Shown here one piece after another: positions 1 to 7,947 of a DNA stretch of 20,000 bases; position 1 is the stretch's first letter, and each line of letters opens with the position of its first letter. The stretch is from an uncultured virus (IMG/VR IMGVR_UViG_2744054492_000006) (Duplodnaviria > Heunggongvirae > Uroviricota > Caudoviricetes). The notes beneath the pieces were generated by a model, which saw only the letters and a program-made list of their open reading frames with translations, ran no database searches and was not told the DNA's origin. The position numbers were made by a program, and so were the translations under genes. The DNA lies in IMG/VR virus record IMGVR_UViG_2744054492_000006. The stretch is one strand, 5' to 3'.

Positions 1-102
1 TCGGGTTTTGGCGTCTTTTTCATTGACCTTGTAGACACAGCCAAACCGGAAGGTACCAAGCACCGTATGGCGTGTTGAGTTCACTTTGACGTACATGCTC
101 AT
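1..102 (-). CDS. Small phage protein downstream of the major capsid gene (truncated by window edge)
   Basis: ATG at 102 directly preceded by AGGAGA (in-frame ATG at 96 has better RBS spacing); reads MSMYVKVNSTRHTVLGTFRFGCVYKVNEKDAKTR open to position 1. Confidence 0.7.
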   Translation of the reverse strand, partial: MSMYVKVNSTRHTVLGTFRFGCVYKVNEKDAKTR

Positions 103-109
103 TCTCCTG

Positions 110-142
110 AAAAAGGCTCTGCAATCAGAAGATCGCAGAGCC
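110..142 (-). terminator. Intrinsic terminator after the major capsid gene
   Basis: Minus strand GGCTCTGCGATC-TTCT-GATTGCAGAGCC (12-bp stem, one G.U pair) followed by TTTTT. Confidence 0.75.
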
Positions 143-167
143 AGTTGGTGGCCTCGGTTATTCGAGA

Positions 168-1481
168 TTATCCGAAGACGAAGTTGCCTTTCACCGTGGC
201 TGCAACACGCTTGATTGCCAGCGCAACCCGTTTAGAACCTCGCATCGTCAACATGCCTTCAATGAAGTTGTCGCCATGCTCAGAAGAAATGAGTACATCG
301 GCTTGCTGACGGTCATAATAAGTTGCTGCCATCGCCAGATCACCAGCCAACCATTCACCAACAGACATGGTATTGGTTTCCACCACATCCTTACCCCAGA
401 GCTTTGGTGTAGACACTGAGTTCACGTTGCCGAAGATGTATCGTTTCTGATCATCTTTCAGGAGGTCAATTGCTGCCCAATCCGTTGGGTTCATGACAAA
501 AGAGGTTGCAACGTAATCCGCTAATGCGACCTGCAAAATAGCAAGCCGCAAACGATCAATCCGGGTGGCATTGGGTAGGCCAGCAGCAGCAACAAACGCC
601 ACAGCCTCAGTCAAAAGCCCCTTCAGGTTTTCACCCTGCCCATCTCCAGCAAGGATCTGCTTTTCCTCTTCCAGATCCAGACCATAACGAAGCTCGGAGT
701 CGATTTCCGTTTGCAGGAAATCGGAATCTGCCAGAGCTTCCTCTGTGATGTTGGTATGATGCGCAATCTTCTTGACTTCAGAGGTCGCCTTGTCCCAGCC
801 AAAACTGGACTCTGGCATTGCGGCCCCTTCAGCAACCATCGCCGCTTTATTATCTTGCACTGTCTGCTTACGGTACTTCACCAGATCAGAACTGGTTTTG
901 CCCTTGGTCAGCAGATCCCGGATAAGCAAGCGACGCCGAGGTATGCGGACCGGATCACGTTCTTCTTCATGGTAGATCAAACCACCAGCCGAGCCTGCAG
1001 CAGTGGTGATCGCATTGGAGACATCAATGAGAAGGTGTCCTTTAGCTCCGGCGCTTTTGAAGTTCTTAATCTGCTCATCTTCTGCCACAAATGCCTGACC
1101 AAGTGTCATCGCCGGAGCTGGTCCACCGCCGCCAATCCCATCAGCCACCTGCTGTGAGATTTCCAGTGTCTGGCTCTTGATGCCTTCCAGCGAGTTTTTC
1201 AGCTCAGTGACCGAGTTGTTCAAAGCCGTCTGCTCAGTCAAAAGCTTGTCGGCCTTGTCTTTGGTTTCCTGAGAAACCTCACCAGAGCGCTTCGCTTGCT
1301 TCAAAGCCTCTTCCGCCGTGCCCTTAACGTTATCAGTCACCTCATCCAGCTGCTGACTAACTTTTTTCAGCAGGTCTTCTGTCGTCATGTTGTCATTGCG
1401 TACCGACCCGACAACAGCATCAGGGCGAGCAAGAGCAAGTGCCGCCAAGCAAATGGCGGGCATGAGTGATTTCGTTCTCAT
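168..1481 (-). CDS. Phage major capsid protein, HK97 family
   Basis: Coiled-coil delta-domain-like N-terminus, then HK97-fold motifs (VAEGAAMPES, KKIAH, ILAGDG.G.NLKGL, MNPTDW, KD..KRYIF); follows portal and protease; GGAG upstream of ATG 1481. Confidence 0.96.
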   Translation of the reverse strand: MRTKSLMPAICLAALALARPDAVVGSVRNDNMTTEDLLKKVSQQLDEVTDNVKGTAEEALKQAKRSGEVSQETKDKADKLLTEQTALNNSVTELKNSLEGIKSQTLEISQQVADGIGGGGPAPAMTLGQAFVAEDEQIKNFKSAGAKGHLLIDVSNAITTAAGSAGGLIYHEEERDPVRIPRRRLLIRDLLTKGKTSSDLVKYRKQTVQDNKAAMVAEGAAMPESSFGWDKATSEVKKIAHHTNITEEALADSDFLQTEIDSELRYGLDLEEEKQILAGDGQGENLKGLLTEAVAFVAAAGLPNATRIDRLRLAILQVALADYVATSFVMNPTDWAAIDLLKDDQKRYIFGNVNSVSTPKLWGKDVVETNTMSVGEWLAGDLAMAATYYDRQQADVLISSEHGDNFIEGMLTMRGSKRVALAIKRVAATVKGNFVFG

Positions 1482-1495
1482 GAATGTTCTCCGAT

Positions 1496-2344
1496 TTACA
1501 TGGAATCCAATTTATCGAGGAGGCTTTGCACTCCTGCTCGAACGGCAGCGCCAGACTTGCCGGATGGAGCAGCGCCAGACGTGCTCCCTTTCAAAGCCGC
1601 ACAAAGTGAGCGACGTTTTGATTTTGGTACGTTGAGACGCGCAAGGAGGATATCAAGCTCCTTCTGCGCAGCATTTGGTGAGGGCTTATCGGAAGCTTGG
1701 CTTGGAGCCTGCTCAATCTCATCACTGGGAAGAAGCGCATCTGCAAACCCTTGTTCAACAGCACTCTCACCATTGATCCAGGTCTCTTTGTCGAGCTGGT
1801 TGCTCAGCTCTTTTTCCGAGATCTTGGTGCGTGCGTGATAGATGCTGACTGCCGCATCATCAAACGGCTTTAGCCAATCGGCGACCTCAAGGAACGCATG
1901 GCGATCACCGCATGCACAAACCCATGTGTTATGGATCATCAAGAAAGCCGCTCGCCCGATCTGGATTTCATCTGCCGCCATTGCAATGACAGAAGCTGCC
2001 GATGCAGCTAACCCCAACACCTTCACCGTTACCTTGGCCTTGTGCTCGCGCAGCAGATTGTAAATCGCCAACCCTTCGAAGAAATCGCCGCCCGGAGAGT
2101 TGATCGAGACGACCACATCCTTCTCACCAATGTTGCGCAGCACCGCTGAAATTCGCTTGGCAGTCACCCCATCATACATCCAGCTCTCGCCAATAGGATC
2201 GAGGATGGAAATGGTGTTTTCGCCGTCCTCACCAGCTGCTGCTTTGATATCGGGATTCCAGCGCTGCTGTACACTTTCAGCAATCGCGCTTTGAAGACCT
2301 TTCCCAGCCAACACCGGGACATTTGGCAAATTGCGGATGCTCAT
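1496..2344 (-). CDS. Prohead maturation protease, ClpP-like (S14)
   Basis: INSPGGD, GLAASAASVI (catalytic Ser), MIHN (His), ETW..G..AVEQGFAD; lies between portal and capsid. Confidence 0.95.
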   Translation of the reverse strand: MSIRNLPNVPVLAGKGLQSAIAESVQQRWNPDIKAAAGEDGENTISILDPIGESWMYDGVTAKRISAVLRNIGEKDVVVSINSPGGDFFEGLAIYNLLREHKAKVTVKVLGLAASAASVIAMAADEIQIGRAAFLMIHNTWVCACGDRHAFLEVADWLKPFDDAAVSIYHARTKISEKELSNQLDKETWINGESAVEQGFADALLPSDEIEQAPSQASDKPSPNAAQKELDILLARLNVPKSKRRSLCAALKGSTSGAAPSGKSGAAVRAGVQSLLDKLDSM

Positions 2345-3567
2345 TTGTCTTCCTTTCCAAGCAAGTCAACCAGTCCCATAGAGGTTTGAACCACCAGTTC
2401 ATCATTGTTACCGCCGCGCCGTGGCAGATTGAGCTTGTCGCGTCCCTCATCGCCAGACATGAAGCCGCCCATACGCATTTTGAGGAGGAAATCGCCTTTG
2501 GCTTTGCTGTCCATTTGCAACATGGCTTCGCGGTTATATTCCACGTACCAACGTCCGCGTTTTTCAACGGGAATGAGGTCTTTCAGGATACGAGCCTCGT
2601 TTTTGATAAGTAGCGGATTGATGCCAAGCGAGAGCCAGGACAACATCACCGCCTCAACACCACTGCCCCACATGGTCTGGCCATCAGATGAATGGCCGAT
2701 CACAATCGGCGGAACCCCAAACCATCTGCAAACATCTTCAACGCCAAAGCGCCGGGTTTCCAAAAGCTGCGCATCCTCAGGGTTCATCTGGAGCTGTTTG
2801 TAAGAAAGCCCAGCTTCAAGCGTCAGGATTTTACCTGCCTTGCGAGAACCTGAGAATTTGGTGAGGATCACCTGAAGTTGACCGCGCTGCGTCTCGTTGA
2901 GGCTCTGGTCTGAACTCAGAACACCAGCGGCCATCATCGCATTAGAAAATACGCTACCCGCTGTTTCATCAGCAGCCAAAGCCGCCCCAATTGAATTCGC
3001 CCCGTACTTGATGGCTGACATGCCCAAACCATCACCAGCCCCAAACCCGCGCAGATGGAACACCTTATCAGCGGGCAACGTGCTGTGTTTGCCCCGGTCA
3101 TAGACACTGTATTCCAGCTTGCCATCCCGATTGCGTTTGGGTGTGACATTGAGCAGAGGGCGCAGCCCAACCAGTCTTGATCCCACAAAGAGCTTTTCCG
3201 CACATGCATTGCCGCGCAAAGTTGCATGCGCTGTCATACCCTCCCAGAACTCAACCCCAGTTTGCTCAGGGTTGGGACTTTTACATAGGATCTCGGACAG
3301 ATCCTCTTCAATCTTCACCCTGCTGTTTCCATCACCCTTTTCATAAAGAGCAAGAGGCAGTGTTGAGATCACCTGCGAAGTCTTGCGAACACAATCCCAA
3401 ACAGCAGAAAACGCCAGAGCAGAGGACGCATTCACGGTTTTGCCAGCCGCAGAAGAGTGCCCGCCCCCAGTCCATGCATCTCCCCCATTGAGGTTGATCC
3501 ATCCAGACTCGCCTGCTCGTAGCTCCTGCTTAATGCCGCGAGCTGCCGCCTTTAAAAATCTGATCAT
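2341..3567 (-). CDS. Phage portal protein, HK97 family
   Basis: AVWDCV..S.LPL.LY, PNPEQT..EFW, GNA, VFHLR, DAQLLETR.F..EDVCRWFGVPP motifs; ATGA overlaps at both ends. Confidence 0.96.
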   Translation of the reverse strand: MIRFLKAAARGIKQELRAGESGWINLNGGDAWTGGGHSSAAGKTVNASSALAFSAVWDCVRKTSQVISTLPLALYEKGDGNSRVKIEEDLSEILCKSPNPEQTGVEFWEGMTAHATLRGNACAEKLFVGSRLVGLRPLLNVTPKRNRDGKLEYSVYDRGKHSTLPADKVFHLRGFGAGDGLGMSAIKYGANSIGAALAADETAGSVFSNAMMAAGVLSSDQSLNETQRGQLQVILTKFSGSRKAGKILTLEAGLSYKQLQMNPEDAQLLETRRFGVEDVCRWFGVPPIVIGHSSDGQTMWGSGVEAVMLSWLSLGINPLLIKNEARILKDLIPVEKRGRWYVEYNREAMLQMDSKAKGDFLLKMRMGGFMSGDEGRDKLNLPRRGGNNDELVVQTSMGLVDLLGKEDK

Positions 3568-5279
3568 ATAACCATCACCGGATTGCTGAGGAAATCATCC
3601 AGGCCATTGCCTTCTGCTTCTGGATGGCGGCTCATAAGATCGAACGCGTTGAACGCTGCTGTGAGCGGGTCAATCTTCATGGAACCGGAGGCTTGCTTGG
3701 TCACGTAGTCAGCATTGCCGCGTTTCTCGGTTTTGGCGTTAGAAACACACCAAGCCATCAACCGCGAGCCACCATGAACCAGAGATTTGTCTGCTAGCTT
3801 TCGCGCCATGCCTTTGGTTACGCCTGAGAGTTTGTAGCCTTGAGGTACACCAACAAGCTGCTCTTGTTTGACCTCCCGCTCCATCAGCTCATCAACAATT
3901 GCAGCCACTCCGACTGGGTCTAGTCCAATGGCATGTTCTTTCGGAAACAGACCACGATCCAGAACTTGCTCAATGTAGTCAGCAACAATCGGAATATCGT
4001 CTTCGATGTTCTCACAGATGAACAAGTCGCCATCCTTCTCGAAGTCTCTAAGCGCCGTCGCAATCTGCTTGCGTTTGTCTAAGGCACTCTCATGGCAACA
4101 TGCACAGGTCCAAAGCAGCCATCTGCTTTTCTCGGTCTCGCTCTCTTTTTCGCGCCCGATAAAACAAAGCCCTAGAAGGTCATCCAGACCGCCGCCATCA
4201 ACGCCAGCAGTCACAACCTCACATCGATCTAAAAACTCATCAAAATCACGGATGACAGTGAACTCAGCAGCCTGCCAATGATCAGCCCCAGCCCACCGAT
4301 CCCGTCGCAGGTTCATGCCAATCGGCACATTCAAGTGCTTGGCAAGGAAGCTTTGCTTGTCCTCTTCACCCGTTCCATCCATGGCTTCGCGAAGTTTGGA
4401 TTCCAGCCAGCTCTTACGAACGGAACGCCCGAGATTGGGATTGGTGATGTAATAGTTTTCCGGCTTCAGATAATCCTTGCTTTTGAGCATTGCTTTGGGG
4501 AACTCGTAGAGAACTCCAAGCCGCTCAGGATCGTGAATTTTCCCGTCACGTACATCGCGGTAGTATTCAAGCTTACTCTTCCAGACCCCTGCTGGCGGCT
4601 CATCAGAATGCGTGGTCAGATAAACAACAAATCCTTCAGGACGAGCAATCAATCCGCCAGTGGCCTCCTGCAGCATGGCCGCTGCCTTTGGCTTCTTGCC
4701 AAACAACCACAGCTCATCAACCAGAACGAAACCAGCTTTTTTGCCAGAAAGCGTGTCACTGTCAGCAGCCACAATCTTGAGATTTGAGTTTGTGGTCTCA
4801 TGCCTGATTGTTCGCTGGTGCGAGATCACCTTGAGGATGCTTTTGAGTTCCGGATCGTAGGAGACCATCGCCGCAGCAGGATCAAAGCAGTTGTTGGCGA
4901 CCTCAATTGTAGGAGCCAACAGCAACAGCTCATTGAGGTGACGCCAGTTGCGAATGAGCGCCGTCACCATGATCCCGGCTGCAATAGTGGACTTGGCATT
5001 TTTCTTTGAGATCAGGAGAAGGAACTCACTGATCAAACGCTGCCCTTCTTCCGCGTCATAAGCTCCAAAGATCGCTCCAACAAAATCAAACACCCATTGG
5101 TCACAGCACTCACCAAATGTCGGCATGCCCGGAACATCAACCACCTTGAGCGACTTGAAGACGTTCAAAGCTGCTTCGGCTTCTGCTGAGAACAACGGAT
5201 CAAAGGGAATGAGAGATTTCCCTTGAACAATCCGTTGTTCCCAATCCACGCAGGCTGTTGACCAGTGCTGAACTTTCAA
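3564..5279 (-). CDS. terL: Terminase large subunit
   Basis: Walker A-like KKNAKST, Walker B VLVDELW, nuclease-domain GVDGGGLDD and C-terminal KIDP. Confidence 0.96.
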   Translation of the reverse strand: MKVQHWSTACVDWEQRIVQGKSLIPFDPLFSAEAEAALNVFKSLKVVDVPGMPTFGECCDQWVFDFVGAIFGAYDAEEGQRLISEFLLLISKKNAKSTIAAGIMVTALIRNWRHLNELLLLAPTIEVANNCFDPAAAMVSYDPELKSILKVISHQRTIRHETTNSNLKIVAADSDTLSGKKAGFVLVDELWLFGKKPKAAAMLQEATGGLIARPEGFVVYLTTHSDEPPAGVWKSKLEYYRDVRDGKIHDPERLGVLYEFPKAMLKSKDYLKPENYYITNPNLGRSVRKSWLESKLREAMDGTGEEDKQSFLAKHLNVPIGMNLRRDRWAGADHWQAAEFTVIRDFDEFLDRCEVVTAGVDGGGLDDLLGLCFIGREKESETEKSRWLLWTCACCHESALDKRKQIATALRDFEKDGDLFICENIEDDIPIVADYIEQVLDRGLFPKEHAIGLDPVGVAAIVDELMEREVKQEQLVGVPQGYKLSGVTKGMARKLADKSLVHGGSRLMAWCVSNAKTEKRGNADYVTKQASGSMKIDPLTAAFNAFDLMSRHPEAEGNGLDDFLSNPVMVI

Positions 5280-5291
5280 GACAGTTCTTTC

Positions 5292-5768
5292 TTAGTTGAT
5301 CAGCTGGGGAGCTTGGGGAGGTGCAAACTTCCCGTCATAGGTTTCTGCCGTTTTTTTGCGCTCTTCTTTTTTGCCGAGCGCTTTTTCAGATGCAGCAGGA
5401 ACACTCTTTCCGCGGTTAGCAATCGCATCAGCCAGCTTGTCACGATCAGAGCGCTCTAGGCGTGCGAAGATTTCTTTGATCGCTGACACCTTCCCGGCTT
5501 CAGCCATGTCCATGAGCTTGTCCAGCAGCTTGGCTTCCACTCTCGCCCGAGCATCATCCTTGACCTTGAGCTGACGAAAATAATTCTTGCGCAAAGTGGG
5601 AGCTGTGATCCCTAAAGCTGCAGCAATTTCATCCTGAGTTTTTCCAAAGGCGAGTAACTGTATGACAAGTCTACGCTTTTCGTCGCTCACCACATGAGGT
5701 GGACGCCCTCGTTTTCCAAATCCCTCAGGGATTGGATCGCCTAGCAGGTCAAATTCGAAGTCGGCCAA
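5292..5768 (-). CDS. terS: Terminase small subunit
   Basis: GRPPH followed by HTH (TQDEIAAALGITAPTLRKNY), immediately upstream of terL; TTG start after GAGAG. Confidence 0.85.
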   Translation of the reverse strand: MADFEFDLLGDPIPEGFGKRGRPPHVVSDEKRRLVIQLLAFGKTQDEIAAALGITAPTLRKNYFRQLKVKDDARARVEAKLLDKLMDMAEAGKVSAIKEIFARLERSDRDKLADAIANRGKSVPAASEKALGKKEERKKTAETYDGKFAPPQAPQLIN

Positions 5769-5863
5769 AAAAAAATCTCTCAGTTATAATGGGGCGGGTA
5801 AGGGCCATTCAGCCCCCGGACTTTCACCCCACCCCCTATTTTCCGTTAAAAATCAATGACTTG
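5769..5863. other. Probable cos (cohesive end) region
   Basis: Non-coding gap between HNH and terS, where HK97-like phages have cos; G-runs, ACCCGCCCCA and AGAGATTTTT on the minus strand; adjacent IHF consensus. Cut site not determinable. Confidence 0.6.
5851..5863 (+). promoter_or_regulatory. IHF consensus site near cos
   Basis: AATCAATGACTTG matches WATCAANNNNTTR exactly. Confidence 0.65.
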
Positions 5864-5946
5864 GCGGATCGCTCGCCAAAACCTTCGCAATCGCCTCAGG
5901 AGGATCAGCAGCTCGACCGCCACTCAATCAAGTCGATTTCCCTAGT

Positions 5947-6267
5947 CTAATCAATGGCTTGGTAACGCATCTGCCGCGCCTTCGCAGTCTTCCGATTGTG
6001 GCACCACGTGCAAAGGCACTGGATGTTGCCCGGATCGAGGTCAGCGCCGCCATCCTTGCGCTCGACGATGTGGTCAGCGATGAGCTTGTGTTGCCGCTTC
6101 GAGAAGTCCTTGCCGCACATCTCGCAGACATAGCCGCGCAGCTGCTTGATGTACTTGGCGAGAGCCTTCCATTCAGCCGTGAGGTAGAACGGATCGACCG
6201 CCTTAGGCGCTTTGCGCAGCGTTGAGCCCAATGTGTTCAAGCGTGGTGTGATGGATTTGAGTGGCAA
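5947..6267 (-). CDS. HNH endonuclease, terminase-associated (HK97 gp74-like)
   Basis: CEMC ... DHIVERKDGG ... NIQCLCTWCHNRKT; located just upstream of cos/terS. Confidence 0.92.
   Translation of the reverse strand: MPLKSITPRLNTLGSTLRKAPKAVDPFYLTAEWKALAKYIKQLRGYVCEMCGKDFSKRQHKLIADHIVERKDGGADLDPGNIQCLCTWCHNRKTAKARQMRYQAID
5949..5961 (+). promoter_or_regulatory. Second IHF consensus site (in the 3' end of the HNH gene)
   Basis: AATCAATGGCTTG matches WATCAANNNNTTR exactly; near-identical to 5851-5863. Confidence 0.55.
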
Positions 6268-6281
6268 AGGAAGCAGCCTTC

Positions 6282-6313
6282 AAACAGAAAAAAGGCCCGC
6301 CTCTCAGCGAACC
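6282..6313 (-). terminator. Intrinsic terminator upstream of the late operon (tR'-like)
   Basis: Minus strand GGTTCGCT-GAGA-GGCGGGCC (8 bp including three G.U pairs, GNRA loop) followed by TTTTTTCTGTTT. Confidence 0.7.
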
Positions 6314-6479
6314 AGTTAACGCACTCCGCATGCGTGTTAAAATTCCATAGAAACACTTCGCGCCAACTCCGCCATCTGGCGTCTTATGTTGGCTGGGCCC
6401 CGCGTTCGGATCGCTCTGTTTGGTGTGGCGGCTTTGCCTGCCCAGGCTCCAAAGATGCACGGTAGTCATCCTGACACGC

Positions 6480-6509
6480 ATCATGGTTAACTTAACGACA
6501 CCTTGTCAA
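6480..6509 (-). promoter_or_regulatory. Candidate sigma70 late promoter (pR'-like) overlapping the end of the NusG-like gene
   Basis: TTGACA (6509-6504), 18-nt spacer, CATGAT (6485-6480). Confidence 0.65.
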
Positions 6510-7086
6510 CCGGAACTGTTGCTTTTGTGGTCCGGCCAAAGGCTTGTAGGTCCACCCTCAATGCTTCACCGTTCGGTTTAATATCCCGCACAACTCCTTT
6601 CAATGTTGCTCCTAATCCAGCAACAAGAAGGATATTGCTCCCGATACTAAAGAGCTGACCACTCACGCTCTTTCGCCCTATTTGCACCTCACAGGCCGTT
6701 TCGAGAATGCGGGTCATTTCCTCCAGAGGAACCAGATGAGGAGCCTGCAGCATTGAACTCGAAAGAATCTTTTCCACACCGTCACATGAGTGTATCTGGC
6801 CAGCTGACATCCCTGATTCCAAGTCCAACCCGACAAACAGATAACGAGGGAACATTGGTGTACTCACATCAATGCGCTTTTTGCTATTTCGCTGACGTCG
6901 AAAAAGAGGAATCTTTGGCAGATAGGCAATCGCACCTGTTGCCGACACGCTTGCCTGTGCTCGATCCTCACAGTTGGGATTGGTCTGCACAACCACCCAA
7001 TCAAGAGGAGCTTGCTTGATGAGAGCACGAAGCAAGTAGTAATCGTGTTCTAACGCCCTGTTTCCTGCATTTGGAGCTTGCCTCAT
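6487..7086 (-). CDS. NusG/RfaH-family transcription antiterminator paralog
   Basis: NGN motifs WVVVQTNPNCE, AYLP, PMFPRYLFV, GVEKIL; degenerate KOW (FSIGSNILLVAG...GVV...FGRTT). Confidence 0.88.
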   Translation of the reverse strand: MRQAPNAGNRALEHDYYLLRALIKQAPLDWVVVQTNPNCEDRAQASVSATGAIAYLPKIPLFRRQRNSKKRIDVSTPMFPRYLFVGLDLESGMSAGQIHSCDGVEKILSSSMLQAPHLVPLEEMTRILETACEVQIGRKSVSGQLFSIGSNILLVAGLGATLKGVVRDIKPNGEALRVDLQAFGRTTKATVPVDKVSLS

Positions 7087-7268
7087 CCTCTAACCCCGCC
7101 AGCCTTTGACGCCACAAACAGCCAATCCCGTGTCTTTGTCCCGACAGGCATTTCAGCGCTGTGGGCGACTGGAGCTGACACAGCAGATCTCCCGGCATCA
7201 GGAGAGCTTGCCAAATAGAGCACATCGCGTTCCCTGCGAAATTCCTCATTCAATCTATGCAGTAGCAT
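7083..7268 (-). CDS. Small hypothetical phage protein (61 aa)
   Basis: GGAGGG 7 nt before ATG 7268; stop overlaps the NusG start (ATGA). Confidence 0.55.
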   Translation of the reverse strand: MLLHRLNEEFRRERDVLYLASSPDAGRSAVSAPVAHSAEMPVGTKTRDWLFVASKAGGVRG

Positions 7269-7947
7269 AGGCTTGCCCTCCATCATCAGCAGCCAGCGTT
7301 GCAACATCGCAACCGTAAACTTCTAAAAACACAGCGTCACATAGATCCATTCGCCGCTTGGCAAATGCATTAATCATCATTTGAACAGGATGGCGATCAG
7401 GCAGAGCCCGCTCAGTGCTGGCCTTCTCGCCATAGAGCACCTTCAAGGCTTCAACTCGCTGCGCTTTCAAGCGGGTTTCACGTGCCTGCACCTCAACGAT
7501 CAATCCCTCAATCTCACGATCAGAGGGGTACCTGTGCTTGGCTTTCACGAAATCAAACAGGACAGAGATCCAGTCTCCGTTACAGGCCTCTAACGTCTGC
7601 TCCCTGCCATCAGCCAAGAGAATGCGCATCACCGCATCGGTGGGCAGGCTATAGCGTTCACCATCCTGACGTTTGCGTGCAGGCTTCACACCCATCACCG
7701 CTTTGCACGCAGCTATAGCAACCGCATAGTCAGGCCATCTGCGCCCGGATACCTCTCGTGCAATCTTCGTGGAAGCAAGCTCAAGCGTATCTGCCTCGAA
7801 CCCGCCTAACTGTTTGCACAGCATATCAAAGTAGGGTTTCTTCTCATCACCGGGAACCATGGTGAACTTGCCTGAAAGCGGCTTGACAAAGAGCCGCATT
7901 ACATCCGCATATCGGTCTTCAAGGGATTTTTCGCAAGGCTCTGTCAT
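7255..7947 (-). CDS. Replication-module protein, possibly helicase loader/inhibitor-like
   Basis: Coupled (ATGA) downstream of the initiator-like gene; helical N-terminal domain ending RRWP..A..IAAC. Function inferred mainly from position. Confidence 0.6.
   Translation of the reverse strand: MTEPCEKSLEDRYADVMRLFVKPLSGKFTMVPGDEKKPYFDMLCKQLGGFEADTLELASTKIAREVSGRRWPDYAVAIAACKAVMGVKPARKRQDGERYSLPTDAVMRILLADGREQTLEACNGDWISVLFDFVKAKHRYPSDREIEGLIVEVQARETRLKAQRVEALKVLYGEKASTERALPDRHPVQMMINAFAKRRMDLCDAVFLEVYGCDVATLAADDGGQAYATA

Noticed and set aside
623..5574. Many alternative-frame and plus-strand ORFs in the head module
   Set aside because: Shadows of well-supported minus-strand structural genes; no motifs.
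6362..6373. GGCGGAGTTGGC as an RfaH ops site
   Set aside because: Only GGCGG matches ungapped to GGCGGTAGnnTG; too weak to call.
6203..6484. 93-aa minus-strand ORF across the late leader
   Set aside because: Its start lies within the predicted -10 box with no RBS, and it runs through a terminator into the HNH gene.
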